Source of the DNA: Obrimoposthia wandeli
Lineage: Eukaryota
Reading direction: 5' to 3'
DNA: 64,000 nucleotides
Assembly (NCBI GenBank): GCA_977020255.1
Contig: CDROCS010000506.1
Location: forward strand, 3,472,001 to 3,536,000
Below the pieces are notes generated by a model. That model had not been told where the DNA came from and searched no databases. It was given only the letters and a program-made list of their open reading frames with translations. A program made the position numbers and the translations under genes. Within the stretch, counting starts at the first letter, position 1; each line of letters opens with the position of its first letter. This document shows, piece by piece, positions 43,383 through 53,726 of this stretch.

Positions 43383-44795
43383 ATGACTGTTAAGACTCGT
43401 TTTGCACCTAGCCCAACTGGCTACTTGCACGTAGGCGGCGCACGTACAGCGCTTTATTCTTGGTTACATGCAAAAAGCCAAGGTGGTGAATTTGTATTGC
43501 GTATCGAAGATACTGATTTAGAACGTTCTACTCAAGAAGCGGTTGACGCGATCTTAGAAGGCATGAAATGGGCTGGTCTGGATTGGGATGAAGGTCCGTA
43601 TTTCCAAACTCAACGTTTCGATCGTTACAACGAATTAGTTGATCAACTACTTGCAGAAGACAAAGCATACAAATGTTATTGTTCACGTGAGCGTCTTGAT
43701 GAATTACGTGAAAAGCAAATGGCTGAAAAAGAAAGCCCACGTTACGATGGCAAATGTAGCCATGGTGACATTGCCGACACTGGTGCTGATTTCGTTGTGC
43801 GTTTCCGCAATCCGAAAGAAGGTTCTGTTATCGTTGATGACAAGATCCGTGGCAAAGTTGAATTTGCTAACAAAGAATTAGATGACCTAATCATCCGCCG
43901 TACTGACGGTTCACCAACATACAACTTCTGTGTTGTTGTTGATGACTGGGATATGGGCATTACTAATGTTGTTCGTGGTGAAGATCACTTAAACAATACA
44001 CCTCGTCAAATCAACATCTTAAAAGCACTAGGCGCACCTGTTCCACAGTACGCTCACGTTGCTATGATCTTGGGTGATGACGGCGCTAAACTATCTAAGC
44101 GTCATGGCGCTGTAGGTGTTATGCAATACCGTGATGACGGTTACCTACCTGAAGCACTACTAAACTATTTAGTACGTTTAGGTTGGTCACATGGCGATCA
44201 AGAAATCTTCAGCACTGAAGAAATGATCAAACTGTTTAGCTTAGACGATGTAAACAAAGCGCCTTCAGCGTTTAATACAGAGAAGCTACAATGGGTAAAC
44301 CAACATTACATTAAAACACTAGCACCTGAATATGTAGCAACTCACCTAGAGTGGCACATGGCAGACCAAGGCATCGATACGACTAACGGTCCAGCACTAG
44401 CTGAGATTGTTAAAGTACTTGCTGAACGTGCTAAAACACTAAAAGAACTTGCGACTGCTAGCCGTTACTTCTTTGAAGACTATGCTGAATTTGATGCAAC
44501 TGCGGCGAAGAAACATTTACGTCCTGTAGCAAAAGAAGCATTAGTTAAAGTTCAAGAAAAACTAGCTGCGATTGCAGATTGGAGCGATGCTGAAGTATTA
44601 CACGCTGCAATTAACGATACAGCGACTGAACTTGAAGTAGGTATGGGTAAAGTTGGTATGCCGCTACGTGTTGCTATTACTGGTGCCGGTCAATCACCGT
44701 CATTAGATGTAACACTTAAGCTTATCGGCAAAGAACGTAGCCTTGCTGGTATCGACAAAGCGTTAGCATTTATTGCTGCACGTGAAAACGCCTAA
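43383..44795 (+). CDS. gltX: Glutamate--tRNA ligase
   Basis: [14 protein letters not shown] and KLSKR. Confidence 0.97.
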   Translation: MTVKTRFAPSPTGYLHVGGARTALYSWLHAKSQGGEFVLRIEDTDLERSTQEAVDAILEGMKWAGLDWDEGPYFQTQRFDRYNELVDQLLAEDKAYKCYCSRERLDELREKQMAEKESPRYDGKCSHGDIADTGADFVVRFRNPKEGSVIVDDKIRGKVEFANKELDDLIIRRTDGSPTYNFCVVVDDWDMGITNVVRGEDHLNNTPRQINILKALGAPVPQYAHVAMILGDDGAKLSKRHGAVGVMQYRDDGYLPEALLNYLVRLGWSHGDQEIFSTEEMIKLFSLDDVNKAPSAFNTEKLQWVNQHYIKTLAPEYVATHLEWHMADQGIDTTNGPALAEIVKVLAERAKTLKELATASRYFFEDYAEFDATAAKKHLRPVAKEALVKVQEKLAAIADWSDAEVLHAAINDTATELEVGMGKVGMPLRVAITGAGQSPSLDVTLKLIGKERSLAGIDKALAFIAARENA

Positions 44796-44850
44796 CGGTG
44801 TGTAAATAATAACCTTTCTGTCGTTTGGTCGTGATTTTCTATTGTAGATA

Positions 44851-44880
44851 TTGACACCAAAACGGCAGATAGAATATTAT
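44851..44880 (+). promoter_or_regulatory. Sigma70 promoter of tRNA gene
   Basis: TTGACA-N18-TATTAT, followed by the hairpin CTACAGCAGCA-AA-TGCTGCTGTAG in the leader. Confidence 0.55.
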
Positions 44881-44910
44881 CCCTACAGCAGCAAATGCTG
44901 CTGTAGAAAT

Positions 44911-44986
44911 GGGGCCATAGCTCAGTTGGGAGAGCGCGACACTGGCAGTGTCGAGGTCATCGGTTCGATCCCGTTTGGCTCCACCA
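44911..44986 (+). tRNA. tRNA-Ala(GGC)
   Basis: 76-nt cloverleaf with G3:U70, anticodon GGC, TTCGA T-loop and encoded CCA. Confidence 0.96.
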
Positions 44987-45199
44987 TTTCTACTTCTTCA
45001 ATCTAGTTCATCAATTTCAATCTATTTTATTTCTATTCCAGATACATTTCCTACGATTCTAAACCTCACTATTATTTATATTTGAGCTACTGCATCCATA
45101 TAATATGATTAGTGTTTCTATCAAGTTAAGGTTATATTCATCTATCATGTCGTAGACTGCTGACAATTATTAGCCCCTGTAGCACCTTAATGAGTAACT

Positions 45200-46240
45200 A
45201 TGAAACTAATTTTAAACGAAAATAGCCAGATGCGTAATTTGGTGATGATTGCTGCGGTGATCATTATCCTAGGTGGTATCAAAATCGCCACGCCGATTAT
45301 CATTCCATTTTTACTGGCTATCTTCATTGCCATTATCTGTAACCCCTTGGTTAACCTAATTACTCGCTGCCGCATTCCGCGCGGGATTGCTATTTTTATG
45401 GTGCTGATTGTCGCTATCATGATGGGCCTAACGATCACCAGTGTGATTGGTTCAAGCGTGCAACAACTCACCAGTAATATTGGCGATTATCAAAGCCAAA
45501 TCAAAGGTCACTACGGCGATTTAGTGGTGTTCTTAAATAAATATAATATCCAAATATCATCAGATACCTTATTAGAATATTTCAACCCTGGTACGGCGGT
45601 TACTATGGTGTCGAGCATGGTCAGCAGTTTATCTGGTGTGATGGCTAACATCTTCCTGATCTTGTTAACCGTGGTATTCATGTTGTTTGAAGGTGAAGTG
45701 TTACCGAAAAAACTGCATTTCATGTTTAAAGACCCTGATTTTAAATTAGCTCAATTAGACAAATTCTTAGACTCGGTAAACAAGTACGTAGCGATTAAAA
45801 CCTTAGTTAGTATCGCGACGGGTATATCGGTTGGCTTGATGTTGTTTATTATGGATGTTGATTTCTATTTGTTATGGGGCTTAATTGCGTTCCTGCTTAA
45901 CTATGTGCCGAATATCGGCTCGTTAATTGCTGCTGTACCTGCGGTTATTCTGACGGCGTTACAACTGGGTCTACCCCAAGCTGGTGCTGTAGCAGCTGGT
46001 TATGTGACGATCAACTTAGTCATGGGTAATGTGATTGAACCGCGTTTCATGGGTAAGGGCTTAGGCTTATCGACGCTTATTGTGTTCCTATCGTTAATCT
46101 TCTGGGGCTGGTTACTTGGTCTAGTTGGTATGTTATTGGCTGTACCATTGACGATGATTGTTAAAATTGGGCTAGAAACCATTAATGATCATAACTGGAT
46201 GTCGATACTGATTAGCAGTGATGTTGACGCAAAAAAATAA
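45200..46240 (+). CDS. AI-2E family transporter (TqsA/YhhT-like)
   Basis: IIPFLLAIFIAI, LNYVPNIGS, GNVIEPRFMGKGLGLS and IFWGWLLG. Confidence 0.9.
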   Translation: MKLILNENSQMRNLVMIAAVIIILGGIKIATPIIIPFLLAIFIAIICNPLVNLITRCRIPRGIAIFMVLIVAIMMGLTITSVIGSSVQQLTSNIGDYQSQIKGHYGDLVVFLNKYNIQISSDTLLEYFNPGTAVTMVSSMVSSLSGVMANIFLILLTVVFMLFEGEVLPKKLHFMFKDPDFKLAQLDKFLDSVNKYVAIKTLVSIATGISVGLMLFIMDVDFYLLWGLIAFLLNYVPNIGSLIAAVPAVILTALQLGLPQAGAVAAGYVTINLVMGNVIEPRFMGKGLGLSTLIVFLSLIFWGWLLGLVGMLLAVPLTMIVKIGLETINDHNWMSILISSDVDAKK

Positions 46241-46308
46241 CTTAGTGCCTAGATCGCATTTTAGCACTAGTCAGGTATAATGCCTGACATTGAAGAAAGG
46301 GATGTACA

Positions 46309-47295
46309 GTGTGCATCCCTTTTTATTTCCCAAGATTAATTAAGGTGAATAAGATTGTGACTGTTGCTATATCCGAGGCTGATGTGAAATTGCCGCTTGA
46401 GTTTATTGATTTCTCTGCTGTTGCAGAAGATGCTTGTCGCTTGTTCCATGGTCGTGGCCACACGTATGCGGGCTTCGAGCACATCAACATTGATTGGTTG
46501 TCACCTGTTGCACTTATTACGTTATACAAAGAAGAAGAAAACGATTATTTGATGCTGCTAGCTGAAGCGCTGCAAGCACAACTTGGCCAGCAGTGTAAAA
46601 CAGTATTAGTGCAGTTCCGCTGTCGTGAACGTGCACCGACGTCATTGTTCCTTGGTGAAGAATGTAATCGTACCGAGATCACCGAAAATGGCATGACCTT
46701 CAACCTTGAGTTTGGTCGAGCGCAAAATACTGGTTTGTTCCTTGATATGGCCAATGGCCGTCAGTGGGTTAAAGAGCAGTCTGAGAATGCCAACGTATTA
46801 AACTTGTTCTCTTATACTTGTGCGTTTTCTGTTGCTGCGTTAGCGGGTGGGGCAGACAAGGTGATGAACGTTGACCTTAGCCGTACTTCACTGACGATGG
46901 GACGTGATAACCACCGCAGTAATGGTCATGATCTTAAGAAAGTTAAATTTGAAGGTGTCGATATCTTTAAATCATATGGCCGTTTACGTAAACATGGTCC
47001 TTATGATCTGTTGATCTCGGATCCACCGTCGTTTCAAAAAGGCAGTGTTGATATTAAGCGTGATTACAGCAAGATCATTAAACGTATTCCGGAACTGATG
47101 AAGCCGGGTGGTAAAGTGATGTTATGTTTGAACGCACCAGAGCTAGGTGAGCAGTTCTTGTTTGATAATGTTGCCGAGCATTGCCCTGATTGTGTGTTCC
47201 AAGAACAATTGCCAACACCGGCAGTGTTTAAAGAAGCTGAAGCAGGCAAAGGCCTTAAAGTCTTAATCTTTATTTACTCGCCAAAAGCAGAGTAA
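46309..47295 (+). CDS. Class I SAM-dependent methyltransferase (RlmI/RlmK C-terminal-like)
   Basis: NTGLFLDM, VLNLFSYTCAFSVAA and DPPSFQK. The true start may be slightly downstream. Confidence 0.8.
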   Translation: MCIPFYFPRLIKVNKIVTVAISEADVKLPLEFIDFSAVAEDACRLFHGRGHTYAGFEHINIDWLSPVALITLYKEEENDYLMLLAEALQAQLGQQCKTVLVQFRCRERAPTSLFLGEECNRTEITENGMTFNLEFGRAQNTGLFLDMANGRQWVKEQSENANVLNLFSYTCAFSVAALAGGADKVMNVDLSRTSLTMGRDNHRSNGHDLKKVKFEGVDIFKSYGRLRKHGPYDLLISDPPSFQKGSVDIKRDYSKIIKRIPELMKPGGKVMLCLNAPELGEQFLFDNVAEHCPDCVFQEQLPTPAVFKEAEAGKGLKVLIFIYSPKAE

Positions 47296-47649
47296 TTGAT
47301 ATAGCCTGTTGTTTTAGTCATTACGCTAAAACAGCAGGCTAAATTAGTCATCTTTACGTTAATAAGTGGTCATCCCACATAAAAACTCGCCCTCAACGTT
47401 ATTTCTTATATTCCTTTTGTATTCAAATCCCCTTCAATATTCGTGAATATTTATCAATTTAGCATCAAAACCCCTCTATATTACTTTTTGATATAACTTA
47501 TATTAAGTTGTTCTATTTTGTTTATTATCGTTCAGTTTTAGTCAAGCAGTTGTGTTTTGAGGTCGTGACTCCTTCCTTATATCGGTAGTTTGCTTTCATA
47601 TGAAGAGCGCATCAGCAAAATGTTGATAAATAATTACAGAATGGATTTA

Positions 47650-47663
47650 TTGACTAGGATCAA
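47650..47663 (+). promoter_or_regulatory. FNR-like box upstream of 37-aa ORF
   Basis: TTGAC-TAGG-ATCAA, one mismatch. Confidence 0.35.
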
Positions 47664-47820
47664 TTTTTTTGCCGAGAACGACAAATATTGCAGACTTAAA
47701 ATGCTGTGTTAGGATTAATACATGGACTGGGCACAAGGTTGTTCCAGGGAAGTGTGATAAGCGGGTTATCGATTATCGGCATATTTTAACGAAGTACTGT
47801 TTAGTACTATTAAGGTGGTT

Positions 47821-47934
47821 ATGATGGACTATAATGAAAACGATTTATCGTATTATCAACTTCAAGACGAATTGAAACAAGAAATGGAAGCGGAATTACG
47901 TGACCAACTTGATGATGAAGCAGGCGTAAACTAA
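47821..47934 (+). CDS. Small acidic protein, 37 aa (not in ORF track)
   Basis: Hand translation: MMDYNENDLSYYQLQDELKQEMEAELRDQLDDEAGVN. TAAGGTGG RBS upstream and its own terminator downstream. Confidence 0.65.
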   Translation: MMDYNENDLSYYQLQDELKQEMEAELRDQLDDEAGVN

Positions 47935-47974
47935 TCTACACGATTAAATAGATTAGCGACAACAACTGTTAATT

Positions 47975-48001
47975 AAAAAAGCCTCAATTGAGGCTTTTTT
48001 T
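47975..48001 (+). terminator. Intrinsic terminator (bidirectional)
   Basis: AAAAAAGCCTCAATTGAGGCTTTTTTT. Confidence 0.85.
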
Positions 48002-48036
48002 ATGCCTGAATTTTACTTCACTTTTAAATCATCACG

Positions 48037-48214
48037 TTATGCACAGGCTAGGATTATTCATGTATATACTCACTTAGTTGCGTTTCGCTTGTGTATAACT
48101 TTAAGTATTAAACAGGTAATGTGGACTAAATGTATTATATTTACCGCTCGTTTTGTGAATAATAGACTTTTTTGTTAGGTTATCCACAGATTCTGTGGAT
48201 AAACATGTGTGTTA
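48037..48214. promoter_or_regulatory. DnaA-box cluster with DARS-like core
   Basis: TTATGCACA 48037, TGTGTATAA 48090, TGTGAATAA 48154, and core TTATCCACA(48180)-GATTC-TGTGGATAA(48194)-ACA-TGTGTGTTA(48206). Confidence 0.8.
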
Positions 48215-48554
48215 ACTTAAGGGTGTGTCGTAAGTCTTTGTATTAAAATGATTTTATATCATTGCATTTATATTTCGTGAAAAATCAAGAAAAAATTAGA
48301 AATTAAATACGACTAAAGACTGAATAATTTAGTTATTTTTGTTATATAAAATAGGCGTCCCAGGACGCTTCAACGGGCTCTTATATATTTGAGATACAGA
48401 GGTTGAATATTCAGTTTTAATCGCCCTGAGCGCTATTGTGGAGATTGTATGTAAACCAATGTCTATGTTACGCAAATAAGTGTCAACAACCTTGGGTAAC
48501 GTAACGCTATGCCATATATTAATTGTGAATTAATTAATGAGGAAGAGCCTAAAT

Positions 48555-49256
48555 ATGAATAGCAGCAAATTATTTCAGCAATTACTAAGCGAAGGCAAAC
48601 AACTATTCGAGAAAAATAGCGGTAAATTAAACAGCCAAAATATCAATGTTGAATCAGCCAAAAAAATGGCATCAGGATTTGGTGGTGGGCTCGCTTCAGG
48701 CGGTATCTTAGGCACTCTTTTAGGTAGCAAAAAAGGCCGTGATTATGCAGGTAAAGCGGCGAAAGTAGGTGGTGTAGCTGCATTGGGTGGCGCGGCTTAT
48801 TATGCGTATCAAAAATGGCAATCAGATCAGAAGGGGACGACAACGCCTCAAGTATCGGCACAGGTAAACTCGACATCATTCTCAAAGCAGGCTGAATTGA
48901 CTTCAGAACCTGTATTACAGTGTAATACCGACTTGTTATTGGACGCTATGATTGGTGCAGCGAGAGCAGACGGACACATCGATGCTGAAGAACATCAGGC
49001 TATTATTGCCAAATTAAACGCCTTGGGTATTGATGCGGGTACTAATCAACTGATTGAAACTGCACTAGCGAAGCCTTTAGATCCCGCTGCGTTAGCGGCA
49101 AGAATTACCTCGACAGAACAAGCCTGTGAAGTGTATTTAATTTCGTATGCGGTGATCGATGTTGACCACTTTATGGAGAAAGCGTATCTGCAGGAGTTAG
49201 AGAAACATTTGAACCTACCGCCAGCGTTAATTCAAGAGTTGAAAAAGCAGCTTTAG
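48555..49256 (+). CDS. DUF533 / YebE-like (TerB-fold) inner-membrane-associated protein
   Basis: GGLASGGILGTLLGSKKGR, GGVAALG..AY.AYQKW and AMIGAARADGHID. Confidence 0.8.
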   Translation: MNSSKLFQQLLSEGKQLFEKNSGKLNSQNINVESAKKMASGFGGGLASGGILGTLLGSKKGRDYAGKAAKVGGVAALGGAAYYAYQKWQSDQKGTTTPQVSAQVNSTSFSKQAELTSEPVLQCNTDLLLDAMIGAARADGHIDAEEHQAIIAKLNALGIDAGTNQLIETALAKPLDPAALAARITSTEQACEVYLISYAVIDVDHFMEKAYLQELEKHLNLPPALIQELKKQL

Positions 49257-49287
49257 TTTATGGATAACGGATGATATTGATAGCTAC

Positions 49288-49311
49288 AAAAAAGGCTCCC
49301 GAGGGAGCCTT
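49288..49311 (-). terminator. pta terminator
   Basis: Minus strand AAGGCTCCCTCGGGAGCCTTTTTT. Confidence 0.8.
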
Positions 49312-49336
49312 AATACACGTTTAACAGGTTTTCAAA

Positions 49337-51481
49337 CTAGTTGCTTAATTGCTTAGCTTGAATTGCTGTTAGAGCGATTGTGTAAACGATATCGTCTACT
49401 AATGCGCCACGTGATAAATCATTTACTGGTTTACGCATGCCTTGCAGCATTGGACCAATAGAGATTAGGTTTGCAGAACGCTGTACCGCTTTGTAAGTTG
49501 TGTTACCAGTATTAAGATCTGGGAATACAAATACAGTTGCTTTACCAGCAACAGGGCTGTTTGGCGCTTTGCTTTTCGCTACATTTTCCATGATAGCTGC
49601 ATCGTACTGTAGAGGACCATCAATGATCAAATCAGGACGACGTTCTTGAGCAAGTTTCGTTGCTTCACGTACTTTCTCTACATCACTACCTTGGCCAGAT
49701 GAACCAGTTGAGTAAGAGATCATAGCAACGCGAGGGTCGATACCGAATGCTTTAGCAGAATCCGCAGATTGAATTGCGATGTCAGCTAGTTGAGAAGCAT
49801 CTGGGTCTGGGTTAATTGCACAATCACCGTACACTAACACTTGATCAGGTAGCAACATGAAGAAGATCGAAGACACTAGGTTTGAACCCGGTGCTGTTTT
49901 GATCAACTGTAGTGCTGGACGGATTGTGTTTGCTGTCGTATGAACGGCACCAGATACAAGACCATCAACTTCAGACTGTTCTAACATCATAGTCGCAAGA
50001 ACAACACTATCTTGTAGTTGTTCACGTGCTACTACTTCAGTCAGACCTTTCGCTTTACGCAGTTCAACCATAGGTGCAACATATTTTTCAAGACATGTTA
50101 CTGGATCTATGATTTCAACACCGTCAGAAAGAATGATACCTTGGCTTTCTGCAACACGTCTAATTTCAGCTGGGTTACCAATCAATACTGGTGTCGCGAT
50201 ACCGCGTTCAGCACAGATGTTAGCCGCTTCAATTGTACGTGGCTCTTCGCCTTCAGGTAATACAACACGTTTCTTCGCTTGACGCGCTAATTCAGTTAAC
50301 TGGTAACGGAATGCAGGCGGTGATAAACGACGAGTACGTTGTGTACCAACAGTTAACGTTTCAATCCATTGCTTGTCGATATGACTTGCGATGTATTCTT
50401 GAACCGCTTCGATGCGTTGTTTGTCATCTGCAGGGATATCAAGATTGAAGTTTTGAAGCGTTAATGCAGTCTGCCAAGTGTTCGTAGGCGTTAGCATGAT
50501 TGGTAAACCAGTCGCCATTGCTTGTTGGCAAAGTTTTAATACACTTGCGTCTGGACGAGCATCACCAGTTAACAGTAATGCACCGATTTTAACGCCGTTC
50601 ATTGCAGCAAGACATGCAGCAACAATAACGTCAGCACGATCGCCAGAAGTAACTAATAAGCCACCTGGACGGAAGTGCTCAAGCATGTTCGGGATAGAAC
50701 GTGCACAGAAAGTGATACCCACTAGACGACGTTCTTCGATGTCGCCTTCGTTTAGGATCTCAGCACCTAAGTGTTTAGCTAGATCTTTTGCACGTGGTGC
50801 AATTAGCTCAGCGCTCCATGGGATACAACCCAGGATAGGCATTGGGCTTTTGCCAAATACTTGTAGCACTTCTAGGTTATGGCTAGCATTACCTGTGTTT
50901 GCTTCAAACATTTCTGCAAGATCTGGACGGCTACGACCAGCTTCATCAAGTGGTGCGCCAACTTTGTTGATCACACAACCAATGATGTTTTTGTTTTTGC
51001 TGCCGCCGAAGTTAGAACAAGCGATCTCTAAACGATCTTTAAGTTGTTCTGAAGAATCTGTGCCTGGGTTAGTCACAAATACCATTTCAGCGTCAAGTGC
51101 TTTAGCGATGTTGTAGTTAACATCGTTAGCAAATGGTTGTTTTGATGTTGGTACTAGACCTTCAACAACAACGATTTCAGCGTCAACCATGTGCGATTCA
51201 AAACGCTCAACGATATCTTCAAGAAGTACGTCAGTTTTACCAGCGCCGATTAATTTTTCAGCGTGTAATAAAGTGAACGGCGTTGCAGGTGATGCATTCG
51301 TTCCTTGACGGATAATTTCAGTTGATAACTCAGGACCTTTTTCGCCTTGGCGAGGTTGAGCAACAGGTTTGAAAAAGTTAACGTTTAGGCCGTTGCGTTC
51401 AAACGCACGAACCATACCTAGACTAACAGAAGTTACGCCTACGCCTACGCCAACTGGGATAAGCATTATAGTGCGAGCCAC
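49337..51481 (-). CDS. pta: Phosphate acetyltransferase
   Basis: AAA_26, DRTGG and PTA_PTB domains; [18 protein letters not shown]. Confidence 0.97.
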   Translation of the reverse strand: MARTIMLIPVGVGVGVTSVSLGMVRAFERNGLNVNFFKPVAQPRQGEKGPELSTEIIRQGTNASPATPFTLLHAEKLIGAGKTDVLLEDIVERFESHMVDAEIVVVEGLVPTSKQPFANDVNYNIAKALDAEMVFVTNPGTDSSEQLKDRLEIACSNFGGSKNKNIIGCVINKVGAPLDEAGRSRPDLAEMFEANTGNASHNLEVLQVFGKSPMPILGCIPWSAELIAPRAKDLAKHLGAEILNEGDIEERRLVGITFCARSIPNMLEHFRPGGLLVTSGDRADVIVAACLAAMNGVKIGALLLTGDARPDASVLKLCQQAMATGLPIMLTPTNTWQTALTLQNFNLDIPADDKQRIEAVQEYIASHIDKQWIETLTVGTQRTRRLSPPAFRYQLTELARQAKKRVVLPEGEEPRTIEAANICAERGIATPVLIGNPAEIRRVAESQGIILSDGVEIIDPVTCLEKYVAPMVELRKAKGLTEVVAREQLQDSVVLATMMLEQSEVDGLVSGAVHTTANTIRPALQLIKTAPGSNLVSSIFFMLLPDQVLVYGDCAINPDPDASQLADIAIQSADSAKAFGIDPRVAMISYSTGSSGQGSDVEKVREATKLAQERRPDLIIDGPLQYDAAIMENVAKSKAPNSPVAGKATVFVFPDLNTGNTTYKAVQRSANLISIGPMLQGMRKPVNDLSRGALVDDIVYTIALTAIQAKQLSN

Positions 51482-51571
51482 TAGCGTCCCCTTATATTGG
51501 GATTGAGAAGAAAGAAAGGTGCGATCACACCTTTCTTATAAAAGTTAAACTTAGTTAAGTTAACTAGCTAA

Positions 51572-52765
51572 TTAGATTAAGCTTACTGCGTCTTGAGCAA
51601 TAACTAATTCTTCATTAGTAGAGATAACCATAGCTTTAATTTTACTATTTGCTGTAGTGATTGTGCCTTCTGAACCAAAACGTGCAGCTGTATTTGCTGC
51701 AGCGTCAACTTCGATACCGAAGATAGAAAGTTGGTTAAGAACTAATGAACGGATAACGTCAGAGTTCTCACCGATACCACCAGTAAATACGATAGCGTCG
51801 ATACGGCCTAAAGCAGCTGCGTATGAAGCGATGTATTTAGCTAGACGGTAGCAAGAAAGTTCCATTGCGCGTACTGCGCCAACTTGACCTTCTGCATGGC
51901 CATCTTCGATAGCACGGCAATCGCTAGAAATTTCAGACACACCTAGTAAACCACTTTCGTTGTTTAGCATGCTGTTCACTTCTGCAAGTGTGTAGTTACA
52001 CTGTGTAACTAGGTGGTTAATGATGCTTGGATCAATATCACCACTACGCGTACCCATTACTAGACCTTCAAGTGGAGTCATACCCATGCTTGTGTCTACT
52101 GATTTACCGTCTTTAATTGCACAAACTGATGCGCCGTTACCTAAATGACAGTTGATGATGTTAGTTTCTTCAACTTTTTTACCTAGAAGCGCAGCTGCTT
52201 CACGAGTAATGAATAGGTGACTAGTACCGTGCATGCCGTAACGACGGATGTTGTTTTCACGGTATAGTTTGTACGGTAATGCGTATAGGTATGCTTTTTC
52301 AGGCATAGTCTGGTGGAACGCAGTATCAAATACAGCAACTTGTGGTAATGTTGGGAATGCAGCTTGTGCAGCACGGATACCGATTAGGTGAGCCGGGTTG
52401 TGAAGCGGTGCTAAAGTTGCACAGTCTTCGATGCCTTGCATTACTGATTCATCAATGATTACTGATGAAGTGAATTTTTCGCCGCCGTGTACAACACGAT
52501 GACCGATCGCTACGATAGCGTCGCTCATTTCTTTTTGGTCTTTAAGAATGTTATTTACGATGTATGCTACAGCTTCTTTATGTGAAGCGCCTGCGCCTAG
52601 ATCGGCTGTGCCTTTGTTGCCGTCAAGTTTCCACTTGATACGTGCATTATCTAAATTAAAGCATTCAGCAAGACCAGATAATTTTTCATCACCTGATACT
52701 GAATCAAGAACTGCAAATTTAAGAGAAGAGCTACCACAGTTTAGAACTAGAACGAGTTTATTCAT
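51572..52765 (-). CDS. ackA: Acetate kinase
   Basis: [26 protein letters not shown] and FTGGIGENS. Confidence 0.97.
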   Translation of the reverse strand: MNKLVLVLNCGSSSLKFAVLDSVSGDEKLSGLAECFNLDNARIKWKLDGNKGTADLGAGASHKEAVAYIVNNILKDQKEMSDAIVAIGHRVVHGGEKFTSSVIIDESVMQGIEDCATLAPLHNPAHLIGIRAAQAAFPTLPQVAVFDTAFHQTMPEKAYLYALPYKLYRENNIRRYGMHGTSHLFITREAAALLGKKVEETNIINCHLGNGASVCAIKDGKSVDTSMGMTPLEGLVMGTRSGDIDPSIINHLVTQCNYTLAEVNSMLNNESGLLGVSEISSDCRAIEDGHAEGQVGAVRAMELSCYRLAKYIASYAAALGRIDAIVFTGGIGENSDVIRSLVLNQLSIFGIEVDAAANTAARFGSEGTITTANSKIKAMVISTNEELVIAQDAVSLI

Positions 52766-52975
52766 GCGTAAAAACCTATTATGAAATAATCAATAAAATA
52801 ACTGATAACAATACCTAGCGATTTTCGCTTTGGTATCGTATCTTTATTAAAGCAGAGAGATTGTCTGTGCTTAGCAAATTGGCTGACACTGTCATTTTTA
52901 CGTACGATGTCGTAGTTGATACGACGAATGTTCGTTACTAAATATCCATCTTAAAAAATGACAACTTGTTAAAAC

Positions 52976-52991
52976 TGTGAGTTATGTCACT
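52976..52991. promoter_or_regulatory. Candidate CRP site in ackA/yfbV divergent region
   Basis: TGTGA-GTTATG-TCACT. Confidence 0.5.
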
Positions 52992-53169
52992 CACATTTTC
53001 CCTAAAAGTGTTAACTGCCTCATAGTTTACTTGCTATGGGACGATATCTCAAAGTATATTTGTAATAAAGTTGATCTAAACCATTAACCTAACATTCATA
53101 TACTGTTTTACCTGCACAACGACATAGTGTATGGTTTGAATTATAGAATATTTATCTTTTTACGGGAGG

Positions 53170-53613
53170 ATGCTGATGGGTGTGTTTAAAGATACCCTTT
53201 ATAAAGGTCAACATTATATGACGCGTTGGCCGATGAAAAAAGAATTGGCTGCCCTTTTTCCTGAAAATAGAATCATTGCTGCCACGCAGCTTGGCTTTAA
53301 GACAATGCCGCCATTAGCTATTCTAACGGTAATGATGCAGTACCTTTATGGTGACATGCAACAATTGCCAGCGAGTATTGCGATTGCATTATTATTGATT
53401 ACCTTGCCGATGCAGGGTGTGTATTGGTTAGGCAAACGTTCGAGCGAGTTATTACCTGTGTCACTTGCAAACTGGTATCACGAGTTATACCAAGGTTTAG
53501 TGACGCAAGGTTGTGAACTGGAACCAGCAGCAAAAAATCCACATTACAGTGAATTGGCTGATATTTTAGCAAGTGCATTTAAACGAATGGACAAAGCCTT
53601 TATGGCAAAATAA
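53170..53613 (+). CDS. yfbV: YfbV (DUF412) membrane protein
   Basis: GQHYM..WP.KKEL...FPENRII.AT and PMQG.YWLGKRS; divergent from ackA as in E. coli. Confidence 0.9.
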   Translation: MLMGVFKDTLYKGQHYMTRWPMKKELAALFPENRIIAATQLGFKTMPPLAILTVMMQYLYGDMQQLPASIAIALLLITLPMQGVYWLGKRSSELLPVSLANWYHELYQGLVTQGCELEPAAKNPHYSELADILASAFKRMDKAFMAK

Positions 53614-53651
53614 GACATTACCTTATAGATAGTCTTACGCTAGTCTAAATT

Positions 53652-53687
53652 AAATACCGATATTATCGCTAATATCGGTATTTTTTT
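53652..53687. terminator. Terminator between convergent yfbV and rlmA
   Basis: AAATACCGATATTA-TCGC-TAATATCGGTATTTTTTT. Confidence 0.8.
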
Positions 53688-53726
53688 GTCTGAATTTTGC
53701 TGTGTTTTTTCTGCTTTTTTTGGTAA

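Noticed and set aside
44911-47300. Genomic island integrated at tRNA-Ala
   Set aside because: No integrase, no duplicated tRNA 3' end seen in the window, and the downstream genes are ordinary chromosomal families.
48000-48540. DnaA-box cluster as oriC or a second replicon origin
   Set aside because: I found no GATC in this stretch, no 13-mer unwinding repeats, and no gidA/mioC, dnaA, rep or par genes nearby.
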